Shown here in pieces: positions 34,526 to 43,476 of a stretch of DNA of 51,228 nt. The position numbers and the translations under genes are program-made. The number at the start of each line of letters is the position of its first letter. The first letter of the stretch is position 1. The DNA lies in the IMG/VR virus record IMGVR_UViG_3300044841_000145, positions 1 to 51,228 of that record. One strand, written 5' to 3'. This DNA is from a virus. Taxonomy: Duplodnaviria; Caudoviricetes. The notes below the pieces were generated by a model, which was not told where the DNA came from, searched no databases, and saw only the letters and a program-made list of their open reading frames with translations.

Positions 34526-35033
34526 CGACCGCGGACCCGTCGACCCGCGCAACGTCGATGCCGACGACCGGTACGTCGAAGACTTCCGCTACGGGCACCC
34601 GGGAAGCGAACCGCTCGGCCGCCGTCTCGCCGCCATGCGGGACGACATGCACCGCGTCATCGACGTCTACTTCGACGACATCCTCGGGGCTCTCGCCGCC
34701 GCGGTAGCCCCAGCCGGCGGCAACCCCACGCCGGTGGCCGAGCCGCCGCCGCTCGACGCCCAGTCGCTCGCCTTCCGCGAGAACCCCGTTCCCGTCACCG
34801 ACGAGCAGATCGGGTTCCTCGCCGAGGCCATCCACCTCCCGGCCACGTCGCTCGGCCCGATCCTGCTGCCCGACGACTGGGAAGCACTCCGCTGGGATGC
34901 CGAACGGACTGGGCCGAAGACGCTCGAGGAAGCCCGCGCCGCGCTCGCCGAACGCATCGTCGACCCGGCCGCGCCCGACGACGGCACGCATGCGGGCGCA
35001 TACGACGACCTCGACGGCGAGGGCGCCCGATGA
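34512..35033 (+). CDS. Acidic hypothetical protein; N-terminus weakly resembles the RsdA sigma-binding region
   Basis: GGAGG RBS; ATGA overlap with the endolysin. Confidence 0.6.
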   Translation: MPGDDDRGPVDPRNVDADDRYVEDFRYGHPGSEPLGRRLAAMRDDMHRVIDVYFDDILGALAAAVAPAGGNPTPVAEPPPLDAQSLAFRENPVPVTDEQIGFLAEAIHLPATSLGPILLPDDWEALRWDAERTGPKTLEEARAALAERIVDPAAPDDGTHAGAYDDLDGEGAR

Positions 35034-35977
35034 CCGGCCTGTTCGTCCCGTGGCTCTCCGACGCCGCCCGGTTGACCGGCTACCCCGTCATCGAATCCAC
35101 CGGGTGGCGGACCCGGGGTGTCCCCGACAGCAAGGGCCAGCCGCGAGGCATGCGCGTCGTCGAGGGGATCACGCCCCACCACACCGCCGGACCAGCAACC
35201 GGCGACTACCCGTCCCTCCGGGTGGTGCGCGACGGCCGCGCCGGACTCCAAGGCCCGCTCTCGCACTACGGGCTCGGTCGCTCCGGCACCGTCCACGTCA
35301 TCGCCGCCGGCCTCTGCTACCACGCCGGCGCCAGCTCGTGGGCCGGGTTCACAGACCTGAACGACGAGTTCCTCGGGATCGAGGCCGAGGACGACGGCGA
35401 CGGCACCTGGACCAGCGAGCAGCTCGACGCCTACCCGCGCCTCGTCGCAGCCTGCCTCTACTACATGCGCCGCGACGCCTCCCGGGCCGCCGGTCACCGC
35501 GAAATCTGCCTCCCGAAGGGCCGAAAGATAGACCCGGCCGGGATCGACCTCGACGCCTTCCGCGGCCGGGTCGCCTGGCTCCTCGCCGACCCCCTCAACC
35601 GGATCCCCCGCTTCGCCAACCCGCCCCCGACCCCCGACGCTCGCCCCGAGGTGGACGACGACATGCCCATTGGCCTGCACTTCTACAACGACGACTGGCT
35701 CCCCGACGGGGACGGCCTGAACTTCCGGGGCGCCGCTCCGGCCGAATGGGGCGACAACAGCCTCGTCGTCGCCCGGGCCTTCGTGCGCTGGGTCTCCTAC
35801 TGGGGCGGGGCCCGCTGGAAGGTCGTCGCCTGGAACGCCGACGGCCCCATCGGCGAGGCCAACCCCAACCTCGACAACTGGGAGCTCCCCCGCGGGGCCC
35901 GCGGCTTCACCGTCGAAGGCCGCCGCGAACACGTCGGCGTGATCCCCGCAGCGAGCCTGCTGCAGCAAGCCAAGTGA
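35030..35977 (+). CDS. Endolysin, N-acetylmuramoyl-L-alanine amidase (Amidase_2)
   Basis: WL.D...GW..RG, HHTAG, L.GPL, YHAG, LGIEAE, GHRE...GRKIDP zinc-amidase motifs. Confidence 0.9.
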   Translation: MTGLFVPWLSDAARLTGYPVIESTGWRTRGVPDSKGQPRGMRVVEGITPHHTAGPATGDYPSLRVVRDGRAGLQGPLSHYGLGRSGTVHVIAAGLCYHAGASSWAGFTDLNDEFLGIEAEDDGDGTWTSEQLDAYPRLVAACLYYMRRDASRAAGHREICLPKGRKIDPAGIDLDAFRGRVAWLLADPLNRIPRFANPPPTPDARPEVDDDMPIGLHFYNDDWLPDGDGLNFRGAAPAEWGDNSLVVARAFVRWVSYWGGARWKVVAWNADGPIGEANPNLDNWELPRGARGFTVEGRREHVGVIPAASLLQQAK

Positions 35978-36045
35978 GTCCGATGGCCAACCACCGACTC
36001 GTAGGCGACAACCGCGCCGACGACGACAACACCCCAGGAGCACCC

Positions 36046-36399
36046 ATGCGTCTGCTCGGACGTGAACCTGCCCAGTGGATCCAGCTCGCCTCCGGCGTGC
36101 TCGTGTTCCTCACCCCGATCCTCGGCCTCGCCGCCGACCAGAACGGCGCCGTGATCGCCGTCATCACCGCCGCGTTCGGTATCGCCACCGGCCTGGCCGT
36201 ATCCGCAGAGAAGGCCGCCCCGATGGTCGCGGGCCTGCTCAAGGCGCTGATCGCCCTCGCGCTCGCCTGGCGCCTGGATCTGTCGCCGGAGATGCAGGCC
36301 GGGCTGATTGTGATGGTCGAGGCCGGCGTTGCCTGGTACCTGCGCACGCAGGTGTCCGCCCCGGTGGGCGCCAACGGCGAGGTCCGCCAGGTCGCGTAG
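36046..36399 (+). CDS. Holin
   Basis: AGGAG RBS; GREPA start, 3-4 TM segments, LRTQV.AP C-terminus typical of actinophage holins; follows the lysin. Confidence 0.8.
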   Translation: MRLLGREPAQWIQLASGVLVFLTPILGLAADQNGAVIAVITAAFGIATGLAVSAEKAAPMVAGLLKALIALALAWRLDLSPEMQAGLIVMVEAGVAWYLRTQVSAPVGANGEVRQVA

Positions 36400-36455
36400 C
36401 ACCCTCAGATCGTCCCGGCCTGTCTGTCGAGGCTCACACCCCTGGCGGGTCGGGA

Positions 36456-36502
36456 CAGGGTCCCCGGCGGTGCGCGGCGTGCCGTCGGGGGCCTGCCATT
36501 TT
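36456..36502 (+). terminator. Intrinsic terminator of the late operon
   Basis: CAGGGTCCCCGGCGG...CCGTCGGGGGCCTG stem followed by CCATTTT. Confidence 0.65.
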
Positions 36503-36634
36503 CGGCCGAGTGTCTGTCGTCTACCTAGACGATGGACGGTAGACTTTGACCACTACCCCCCGCGGGGGCCTCAGAACGTTGAGAGCCCCCCGACCTGGCC
36601 GGGTCGAGGGGCTGATGCAACGAATGGATACGAG

Positions 36635-37549
36635 ATGGATCGTAGCAAGGCGCACCCGCCTGCGCTGCCACCTAACCCTGTTCGGCCCCAATGGGAGCCA
36701 CCACCGCATCTGCGGGACCCACTGGTCAACACCGCGACGCCCGTCGACCGGGCCGTCTGGACGGTCGCGATCCGCGGCCGACTCCCGCGCTTGTCGGACT
36801 ACGCGGTCGCGCGTGCCGCCGCCGACTATGGCAACAAGCACGGCACCAGCATCTTCCCCGGGGTGGAGCGGCTCGCCGAGGACCTGGGCACCACGACGAA
36901 GACGGTGAAGGCCTCGCTCGCGTGGCTCACCGAACACGGCTGGCTGTACCTCGAAGAGCGCGGGAACCGGCGCCTCGGTCACGCGAACCGCTACCAGCTC
37001 TCCGTCCCCGCCCCTCTTGCGACGTCGATCGTCGTCGAGATCCCCAAGGACGAGCGTGTCGAGGGCGGCCCGACGCACCGCTGGCTCTGGGCCAACCCTG
37101 GCCGCTCCCAGTGGATCGAACGGCCCGAGTCGGAGCCGAAGCGGGAGGCCGCGCGAGGCCCGTACCAGCGCGCCGCAGGCGCTGCACGCGCCGGTCGAGG
37201 AGCCGCGATTAGGGGAAGTAATAGCGCAGCAGGGGAAGTGTCAGCACCGGATCAGGGGGTCATAACTTCCCCCCACCCGGTCATGTACCCGGAAGATTCT
37301 CTACACCCCGCCGAGCGAAACGCTCGGGGCCACGCTGACGCGAGGCCGCGCGAGTCCACGGCTCCGCCGAAGTTCGACCTAGACGACCCTGACGTCGGCC
37401 AGCAGATCGCCGCCGAAGCAGAGCGCCGCCTCGGCGCAGGCATCAGTGATCACAACGTCCGCGAGATCGAGGGGATGCTCGCCGACGGCTGCCATCCCAA
37501 GTTCGCCCTCAACGCCGCCATCGCCCGCGAGAGCAGGAGCACCGCGTGA
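36635..37549 (+). CDS. Winged-HTH protein, replication-initiator-like
   Basis: ADY.NK.G..IFPGVERLAEDLG.T.KTV...L..L...GWL...R.....NRY.L pattern; start codon uncertain. Confidence 0.65.
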   Translation: MDRSKAHPPALPPNPVRPQWEPPPHLRDPLVNTATPVDRAVWTVAIRGRLPRLSDYAVARAAADYGNKHGTSIFPGVERLAEDLGTTTKTVKASLAWLTEHGWLYLEERGNRRLGHANRYQLSVPAPLATSIVVEIPKDERVEGGPTHRWLWANPGRSQWIERPESEPKREAARGPYQRAAGAARAGRGAAIRGSNSAAGEVSAPDQGVITSPHPVMYPEDSLHPAERNARGHADARPRESTAPPKFDLDDPDVGQQIAAEAERRLGAGISDHNVREIEGMLADGCHPKFALNAAIARESRSTA

Positions 37550-38379
37550 GCACCGCCCGGGACGTCATCGAGATGCTGCGCCGCCACTACCTCCCCGAGG
37601 GCCGCCAGCCCGCCGGCATCTTCGCCCCCGAGATCCAGGCCCCGACCGGGCTGCGGCGCGCGGACCTGATCTGGCAGGGCGTCACCACTGCGGCAGGCTC
37701 GGAGCTGATCGGGCACGAGGTCAAGGTGTCCCGCCAAGACCTGCTCGTCGAACTGGCCGATCCGGCGAAGGCTGACCCGTGGCAGCGCTACTGCGACCGG
37801 TGGTGGCTGGTCGTCTCCGATCCGGCGCTGATCGACGGGCTCACCCTCCCCCCGAGCTGGGGCGTCATGGCCCCGCCGTCCGGGCGCCGCACCCGCTCCA
37901 TGACCGTGCTCGTCGAGGCGCCCGTGTTGAAGCCCGACGACAAGGCGCTCGCCTACGCCACGATCGCGAAGTGGCTGCACTGGCGCCACCACAACCTCGA
38001 CGCGCAGCACCGGATGACCCGCGCCGAGAACGACAGCCTGCGGGAAGCGAACGCGAAGCTCCGCGAGCGGGTGCCGCTCCAATCTCACGCCCAGGAGAAG
38101 ATCCAGCAGGTCGTTGAGCGGATCGTCCGCAGCCTCGGCGGCGTCACGGGATCGGGGCAGGTCGGCTCGTGGGATCGGCAGGTCGAAGTCGAGGACATCG
38201 TCTCGGCGATGCGGGACCTCGGCACGGTGTACGAGCGAGCCCGCACCGTGAAGTTCGGCGTCGAAGCCGCGCTCGGGGCGCTCCGCCGCGCCACCGAAGC
38301 CATCCGACCGGAAGCCATCGACGACCTCGCGGCGGCGGTCGAGGCGATCGAGAAGCCCTGCGCTGAAGAGGCCGCATGA
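37546..38379 (+). CDS. PD-(D/E)xK nuclease-like protein (MmcB-like)
   Basis: E....RRAD...GHEVKVSR.D...EL.DP.K...W..YCDRWWLV motif. Confidence 0.75.
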   Translation: MSTARDVIEMLRRHYLPEGRQPAGIFAPEIQAPTGLRRADLIWQGVTTAAGSELIGHEVKVSRQDLLVELADPAKADPWQRYCDRWWLVVSDPALIDGLTLPPSWGVMAPPSGRRTRSMTVLVEAPVLKPDDKALAYATIAKWLHWRHHNLDAQHRMTRAENDSLREANAKLRERVPLQSHAQEKIQQVVERIVRSLGGVTGSGQVGSWDRQVEVEDIVSAMRDLGTVYERARTVKFGVEAALGALRRATEAIRPEAIDDLAAAVEAIEKPCAEEAA

Positions 38380-38690
38380 CCACCACCAACGCCGCACCCC
38401 GACAGGAGACCCGCATGGCCCAGCACACCTGCCAGCTCCCCGAACGGCCCGACGGCTCGACAGCCTGGCGTTGCCCCGGCTGCATGACCCGCTACGTGTG
38501 GTCGAAGCGGATGGTCGGCCGCACCATGCACGAGGGCTGGTCGCGGATGCGGGACGACTTCGAGACCCGCAGCCTGCGATCGGAGGCCGAGTTCAACCGG
38601 TTCGCCCGGAAGGCCATCGTGGCCGGCGTCGACGGGGCGCTCGTCGTCGTCGTGCTCATCGTGTGGATCGTGCTGCGGGTGACGTCATGA
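38376..38690 (+). CDS. Hypothetical protein with CxxC and C-terminal TM
   Basis: ATGA overlaps at both ends. Confidence 0.6.
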   Translation: MTTTNAAPRQETRMAQHTCQLPERPDGSTAWRCPGCMTRYVWSKRMVGRTMHEGWSRMRDDFETRSLRSEAEFNRFARKAIVAGVDGALVVVVLIVWIVLRVTS

Positions 38691-39349
38691 CCACCACCGA
38701 ACCCGCCGTCACCCTCGTCCACCTCCCCGCCGGCCAGCCCATCGACCTGTTCTCCGCGCTCGGCGACCTCCTCGCCGCCGCCCTCCACGGCGCGATGCTC
38801 GCCCCCGGCTCGCACGGATCCGTGAACGCCGAGGTGCGCCTCCCCAGCGGCATGAACACCCGGGAGGCTGCAGATCGGCTCCGGCACGCCGCCGCTGCGG
38901 TGCGAGGCGTCGAGTACGTGCCGCAGCCCCGGCCCGACGACGAGCCCGAGCTGACGACCGGGCACATGCGCCTCGACGACACCGGGGTGTCGTTTGGGAT
39001 GGGCGGTCCCCGCGAGGTCTACGAGCAGGCCGCGATCAACCTGATCGACGCGTTCCGTCCCGCGCTCGACCGCGACGACGCCCCCAACTATGTGCAGTTC
39101 GAAGCCGAAGATCCCCGCACCCGCGACGGCGGCCTCCCGACCACGGGCGAGCGGTACGCGCTGATCGTGTGCCGGCCCGGCGGGAAGACGCCGCACCAGC
39201 TGCGGCGCGAGGCTGAGGCAGAGGCGGAGCGGCTCCGCGCCGCGATCGAACGGGTGCGCGAGCTGTGCGAGAACCCCAGCGCGTGGGGCTACATCGACGG
39301 CCCTTCGTCGGAGGACGTCCTCAAGGCGCTTGGGGGCAGGCAGCCGTGA
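38687..39349 (+). CDS. Hypothetical phage protein (220 aa)
   Basis: APNYV...GKTPHQLR.EAE motif; overlapping start and stop codons. Confidence 0.7.
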   Translation: MTTTEPAVTLVHLPAGQPIDLFSALGDLLAAALHGAMLAPGSHGSVNAEVRLPSGMNTREAADRLRHAAAAVRGVEYVPQPRPDDEPELTTGHMRLDDTGVSFGMGGPREVYEQAAINLIDAFRPALDRDDAPNYVQFEAEDPRTRDGGLPTTGERYALIVCRPGGKTPHQLRREAEAEAERLRAAIERVRELCENPSAWGYIDGPSSEDVLKALGGRQP

Positions 39350-39546
39350 GCCTTCTCGAAGACCTGTACTGGGCCGCCGCCGTCGCAGCCAGCCCCGTCC
39401 AGCCGCTCGGCTCCGATCCGATCGTCTACCAGCGCACCGAGACGCCTCCGGTGCCGGACTGGCCGACCCCGCCGTGCACGAGCACGTCGAGCGGCGCGGC
39501 GGTCCACGTTCGGCCATCGTGTCGATGCAGACGAGGAGGACTCTGA
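39346..39546 (+). CDS. Hypothetical protein (66 aa)
   Basis: GTGA/TGATG coupling with neighbours. Confidence 0.5.
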   Translation: MSLLEDLYWAAAVAASPVQPLGSDPIVYQRTETPPVPDWPTPPCTSTSSGAAVHVRPSCRCRRGGL

Positions 39547-39872
39547 TGCCGCACTACTCCACCGGCTGGTCCGTCCACCGCGATGGCGACACCCGTCGCA
39601 CCGCGATCCACTTCGAGCGCTGCCCCCGCTGGGTCGAGGCCGTCCGCGGGACCGCCTTCGGCATCTGCTGGCTCACCCGCAACAGGGCATGCCGTTGGCT
39701 GTGTCACCCCGCGATCGATCTGGTGGAGCGGCACAGCGAGAGCTTCGACGTCTTCGCCAGCCCCGAGGACGTGGCGGCCTGGGCGGAGTGGCGCGGCCTC
39801 GGCCGGCCGTTCTGGGTCGACGACGAGGGCCGACAGATCCCGTACGGCGACGACTACGTGAGGGTGCCGTGA
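39546..39872 (+). CDS. Hypothetical protein (108 aa)
   Basis: GAGGAGG RBS; coupled overlaps. Confidence 0.6.
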   Translation: MPHYSTGWSVHRDGDTRRTAIHFERCPRWVEAVRGTAFGICWLTRNRACRWLCHPAIDLVERHSESFDVFASPEDVAAWAEWRGLGRPFWVDDEGRQIPYGDDYVRVP

Positions 39873-40138
39873 GCGACGACTTCCTCGACGCCCTCCTCCC
39901 CGACGACCGCGCCTGGCTGCGCGCGCACGGCTGGACAGAGCCTCCGCCTCGGCCTCACTGGGTCGATGGCGACCTCGTCGTGGAGTGCCCAGCATGCGGG
40001 GAGCAGGTGCCGGTGGAGTACACCGAGTTGATGACGTTCGCCAGCACCGAGCCGGTGGGGTACGTGACGGACGAGGTGGGCGCGCTCAGGCGGCACGAGC
40101 CGAACTGCGCCGCCCGGCATGGGACAGTGACCGGGTGA
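39869..40138 (+). CDS. Hypothetical protein with CxxC (89 aa)
   Basis: GTGA overlaps; CPACG...H...C. Confidence 0.55.
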   Translation: MSDDFLDALLPDDRAWLRAHGWTEPPPRPHWVDGDLVVECPACGEQVPVEYTELMTFASTEPVGYVTDEVGALRRHEPNCAARHGTVTG

Positions 40139-40293
40139 GCGACGAGCGCGACTACCAGGCCGTGGGCTACCTGAACGGCGACCTCACGCCAGCGAGCGGG
40201 CGGATCGTGCTCACGCGGCGCGACGTCTCCGAAGAGCAGCTGCTCGCCGAACACGAACGGCTGCGCGACGAGTCGACGCTGCACGCCCGGTAA
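40135..40293 (+). CDS. Hypothetical protein (52 aa)
   Basis: GTGA overlap; typical codon usage. Confidence 0.45.
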   Translation: MSDERDYQAVGYLNGDLTPASGRIVLTRRDVSEEQLLAEHERLRDESTLHAR

Positions 40294-40317
40294 CACGCCG
40301 GAGCCGGACCGCGACGT

Positions 40318-40803
40318 TTGGACGTGAGCCCTCCGTTCCAGGCCCGAGGCGTCGGAGTCGTCGTCACCTTCGACGGCTCCTTCATCTCCATCACGCACAG
40401 AGGTGTCCTCGGTCGCCTCACGGTCGGCAAGGGTGAGAAGCGCATCCCCGTCCAGCACATCACCGCCGTGCAGCTCAAACCGGCCGGTGCCGTGTTCAAC
40501 GGCTACGTCCAGTTCGCCCTCGGCGGCGGCGACGAGCGGCGATCCCAGTTCGGTCGGCAAACCTTCGACGCTGCGGGCGATGAAAACTCGGCCGTGTTCA
40601 CCCGAGATCAGCAGCCCGCGTTCGAGCAGCTCCGCCACTACGTCGAGCAGAGGATCTCGGCGATCAACACGCCCCAGGCGCCGCCGCAGGTCGGTGGTCT
40701 GGTCGCGGAACTTGAGAGACTCGCCAATCTGCACCGTGCCGGGGCTCTCACCAACGAGGAGTTCGCGCGCGCCAAGCAGTCCCTACTGTCTCGGATGGCG
40801 TGA
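40318..40803 (+). CDS. DUF4429 (PH-like) plus SHOCT domain protein
   Basis: FDG..I.I...GEKRIP...I.AVQ.KPAG...NGY.QF...DENS.VF; ELERLA.L...G.LT.EEF..AK..LL. Alternative start GTG 40324. Confidence 0.8.
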   Translation: MDVSPPFQARGVGVVVTFDGSFISITHRGVLGRLTVGKGEKRIPVQHITAVQLKPAGAVFNGYVQFALGGGDERRSQFGRQTFDAAGDENSAVFTRDQQPAFEQLRHYVEQRISAINTPQAPPQVGGLVAELERLANLHRAGALTNEEFARAKQSLLSRMA

Positions 40804-41103
40804 CCGATCACCCCCGCCGGCAGGGTGGATGAGCCCGAGCTCGGCGAACTGCTCCGCCATGGCCACACAGTCGCGCACCGAGGCGCCGACCTGGTAGCCG
40901 ACCACCCAGCACGTCGTCGCCCACTCCGCGATGACCCGGTCGTAGCCGGCGGCGATCAGGTGGGCGGTGATCGCCTCGTACGCGGCCCTGGCCTCGGGGG
41001 AGAACCGGGTGTGGACGCTGCCCTTCGACGCTGCGATCTCATGCTGGGCGATGTCCGCCAGCCGCTCGAGGTCGTTGTGCAGGACGGCGATGTCTTCGGG
41101 CAT
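40783..41103 (-). CDS. Hypothetical protein (106 aa)
   Basis: GGGGAG RBS before ATG. Confidence 0.5.
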   Translation of the reverse strand: MPEDIAVLHNDLERLADIAQHEIAASKGSVHTRFSPEARAAYEAITAHLIAAGYDRVIAEWATTCWVVGYQVGASVRDCVAMAEQFAELGLIHPAGGGDRSRHPRQ

Positions 41104-41160
41104 GGCAGCTCCCCAGGGCAGGTCCGGTAGGACCGCGGGGGAAGCGCGGCGGGGGGGAGT

Positions 41161-41400
41161 CTACTGCCGCTCGGGGTTCCAGGCGGCGGAAAGGTCGAGC
41201 TCCATCAGATCGGGGTGCATGTAGAGCAGCTCGACTTCCTCTGCGTCGTGCATCTCCGCGACCGCGAGGCTCAGGCCCATGAATGCGGCCGCTCCGCGTG
41301 CTGCTGCTGCACCGAGACGAAGCTGGGCGGCGTGTAGGTCGAGTGCCGTGGCCTTGAGGCGGAGCAGTGCTTGCTCCTGCTCAACCTGCTGGCGCGTCAC
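41161..41400 (-). CDS. Hypothetical protein (79 aa)
   Basis: GTGA overlap with the upstream HTH gene. Confidence 0.55.
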   Translation of the reverse strand: MTRQQVEQEQALLRLKATALDLHAAQLRLGAAAARGAAAFMGLSLAVAEMHDAEEVELLYMHPDLMELDLSAAWNPERQ

Positions 41401-41633
41401 TCGTCATCCAGGAGGTCGGTCCGGGCGCCCTGGCCTACGCGCTCGACGTGGTTCACCGCCACGCGAGGGTAGCCGCGTAGCTCGGTCACGCCGTAGCGAC
41501 GCAGCGTAGAGCGTACGGATTCGGGGTCGATGCCGAGAGCTTCTGCGACTTCGTCTCGGCTCATCAGGTTCTTCGCGATGAACTCGGCCGAGCTCTGGGC
41601 GGACCGCCTGTGGTACTGGGCGTCTTCGGTCAT
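41397..41633 (-). CDS. HTH DNA-binding protein with GQGARTD tail (paralog of 5456-5785)
   Basis: LMSRDEVAEALGIDPESVRSTL...GYPR..V....GQGARTDL. Confidence 0.75.
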   Translation of the reverse strand: MTEDAQYHRRSAQSSAEFIAKNLMSRDEVAEALGIDPESVRSTLRRYGVTELRGYPRVAVNHVERVGQGARTDLLDDE

Positions 41634-41639
41634 GCCATC

Positions 41640-41688
41640 ACCTTACTCCGCAACGGAGCAATGTCGCCATGGGCGAGCGTCGTACCGT
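41640..41688. promoter_or_regulatory. Divergent leaderless promoters with CTCCG-N3-CGGAG operator
   Basis: Minus-strand -10 TAAGGT (41640-41645) 6 nt before ATG; palindrome at 41646-41658; plus-strand -10 TACCGT (41683-41688) 6 nt before ATG 41695. Confidence 0.6.
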
Positions 41689-41694
41689 CGCTGC

Positions 41695-41889
41695 ATGCCC
41701 GCCAACCCCGCCGCCGCCCGACCGGTGCGCATCCGCCTCGGCCAGCCCATCACCGTCGACATCCTCGGGGCAGACGGCACCAGGCTCCGCGTGCAGGGGA
41801 TCCTCGACGAGGCGCCGGACAGGTACACGGGGGACATCGCCACGCGCCTCGTGCTCGTCGACGCGGTGGCGAGGGCGCTCGACGGCTAG
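41695..41889 (+). CDS. Hypothetical protein (64 aa)
   Basis: Leaderless ATG after TACCGT. Confidence 0.5.
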   Translation: MPANPAAARPVRIRLGQPITVDILGADGTRLRVQGILDEAPDRYTGDIATRLVLVDAVARALDG

Positions 41890-42086
41890 CGCTCGACGTA
41901 GTCCGGCGCGATGAGCTCGTCGATCTCGGAGCGCCAGTCGGTCGACCGGCAGCGCGGACACGGCGGGACGATCCGCAGCCGGGAGCACTCGATGCGCGCG
42001 AACATCAACAGGGCCCCGCAAAACCCGCACGAGTGCGGCTGTGACTCCCGCGGGTCATCGCACCCGTCTCCGGGCCGGCCGCTCAC
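41886..42086 (-). CDS. Small zinc-ribbon protein
   Basis: CGFC...CPRC.S.DW; GTGA overlap. Confidence 0.55.
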   Translation of the reverse strand: MSGRPGDGCDDPRESQPHSCGFCGALLMFARIECSRLRIVPPCPRCRSTDWRSEIDELIAPDYVER

Positions 42087-42514
42087 GGCTTCCACTCCTC
42101 GGCCCGGTAGTCGGGATGGCCAGCCTCCGAGAGCGCGAGCAGGCGCAGCGTCGTGCAATCGCCCACGGCCCAGCCGCAGTTGTCGTACTCGCTTGGGCAC
42201 TCGTGGCTGCCCTCGTGCGTGTCGATGATCCGGCGCTTGATGGCGACGTCGTGCAGCACCCACGCCGGATCATGCCGGGCGATGTGGACGACGTTGGCCT
42301 CCCCATTGTGGGCGACCTCGAAGTTCGCGACTTGGCCGAGGTGTCCACTCCAACTCGACTGCCCGTACAGGACGTGATCTACCAGGTGCTCGCGCTCGGT
42401 CCCCCGCACCCACGGCCCCTGGAGCGCCGCCTGCGCAGCCTGCTCCCGCTCTGCCTCGCGGGCGCGGAGGAACTCGACCAGCGTGACTGTCGTGGAGGGC
42501 TGCGGCGTGGTCAC
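42083..42514 (-). CDS. DUF6221-family protein
   Basis: LVEFLRAR..E...HIARHDPA.VL.DV..KRRI...TLRLLA....HPDY..EW.P. Confidence 0.8.
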   Translation of the reverse strand: MTTPQPSTTVTLVEFLRAREAEREQAAQAALQGPWVRGTEREHLVDHVLYGQSSWSGHLGQVANFEVAHNGEANVVHIARHDPAWVLHDVAIKRRIIDTHEGSHECPSEYDNCGWAVGDCTTLRLLALSEAGHPDYRAEEWKP

Positions 42515-42723
42515 TTCCGCTGCCCGAGCTGGTGCAAGTAGACGATCGCGTCCGCGAGGTTCTTCCCCGCGACACGGGCCTGCCGTTCCATCTCCACCTG
42601 CCCAACCCGGATCATCTCGCCCATGTTGTCAACGAACGCTGCGACGCCCTTCGCGGCGTACTCGCCGAAACGAGGGTCGACGAGGGGGATCAGCGGGGCG
42701 GGGTCCTGCTGCGGCGTGGCCAT
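42511..42723 (-). CDS. Hypothetical protein (70 aa)
   Basis: ATG after a TACCGT -10-like element; GTGA overlap. Confidence 0.55.
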   Translation of the reverse strand: MATPQQDPAPLIPLVDPRFGEYAAKGVAAFVDNMGEMIRVGQVEMERQARVAGKNLADAIVYLHQLGQRK

Positions 42724-42810
42724 GCTGCAACGGTAGTAGTCACGGCCGTCACTCGTGCCTGGCGCGCTTGACGTCTGGACGCCCACCGGTCGGTGATCCG
42801 CTCGCGCACC

Positions 42811-43041
42811 TCATCGTCGGCGAGTTGGCCCGCCGTGCGTGATGATGTATTCGGCCAGCGTGATGATGACCAAGGTCGCGGCCGCGCCCAGTGACGCCCA
42901 TATCGCCCATGTCTGCCCGAGGGTCCAGCCCACCAGATTGAGGGCGAGCGCGACGCACCCGAGCATGACCCGGATCGTCGACGACCGGCCGATCCCAGGG
43001 TTCCCCCGCCAGTGCGGGTACCGGCTGCGAGGTGCGGTCAC
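42811..43041 (-). CDS. Small 2-TM membrane protein
   Basis: Two hydrophobic helices; GTGA overlap. Confidence 0.55.
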   Translation of the reverse strand: MTAPRSRYPHWRGNPGIGRSSTIRVMLGCVALALNLVGWTLGQTWAIWASLGAAATLVIITLAEYIITHGGPTRRR

Positions 43042-43202
43042 TGCCCGGCCACCACGATCCGCGTCCCCACCGGGGCAGGCCTGCCCGGGTCCGTCACCGT
43101 CTCCCCGTCCAGGCGGACCCTGCCGGCCACCAGGTGGGCGCGGGCGCGGTCCTCGCTGATGCCGGCGGCCAGCATGCGCTCGAGGATGGTCGGGTCAGGC
43201 AT
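43038..43202 (-). CDS. Small S4-like protein (54 aa)
   Basis: AGIS..RA...L.AGRVRLDG..VTDP...AP.G..IV. Confidence 0.6.
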   Translation of the reverse strand: MPDPTILERMLAAGISEDRARAHLVAGRVRLDGETVTDPGRPAPVGTRIVVAGQ

Positions 43203-43227
43203 GGCGACACCGTAGCCCCGCAGCCGG

Positions 43228-43476
43228 TTAGAGCTGCTCCGCGCTCGGTGCGTCACTGGACCACGCAGGAGCGGTGATCGGATCGGGCACCTTCTCGACC
43301 GCCTCGCACATCGCCTGCCGCGCGTCCTGCTCCGAATCGGCGAACCCGTACAGCTCCGTCGCCGTCGCCGACCGCCAGGCGTTCCACCACCAGCGCTGCT
43401 GCTTCTCGACGAACACGACCCGCATGTCCCACACCCGCAGCTGCGTGGCGCTCAGCCCGCCCCATGCCCGGCTCAC
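43228..43476 (-). CDS. Hypothetical protein (Trp-rich, 82 aa)
   Basis: RWWWNAW......YGFADSE..AR.AM; GTGA overlap. Confidence 0.55.
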   Translation of the reverse strand: MSRAWGGLSATQLRVWDMRVVFVEKQQRWWWNAWRSATATELYGFADSEQDARQAMCEAVEKVPDPITAPAWSSDAPSAEQL

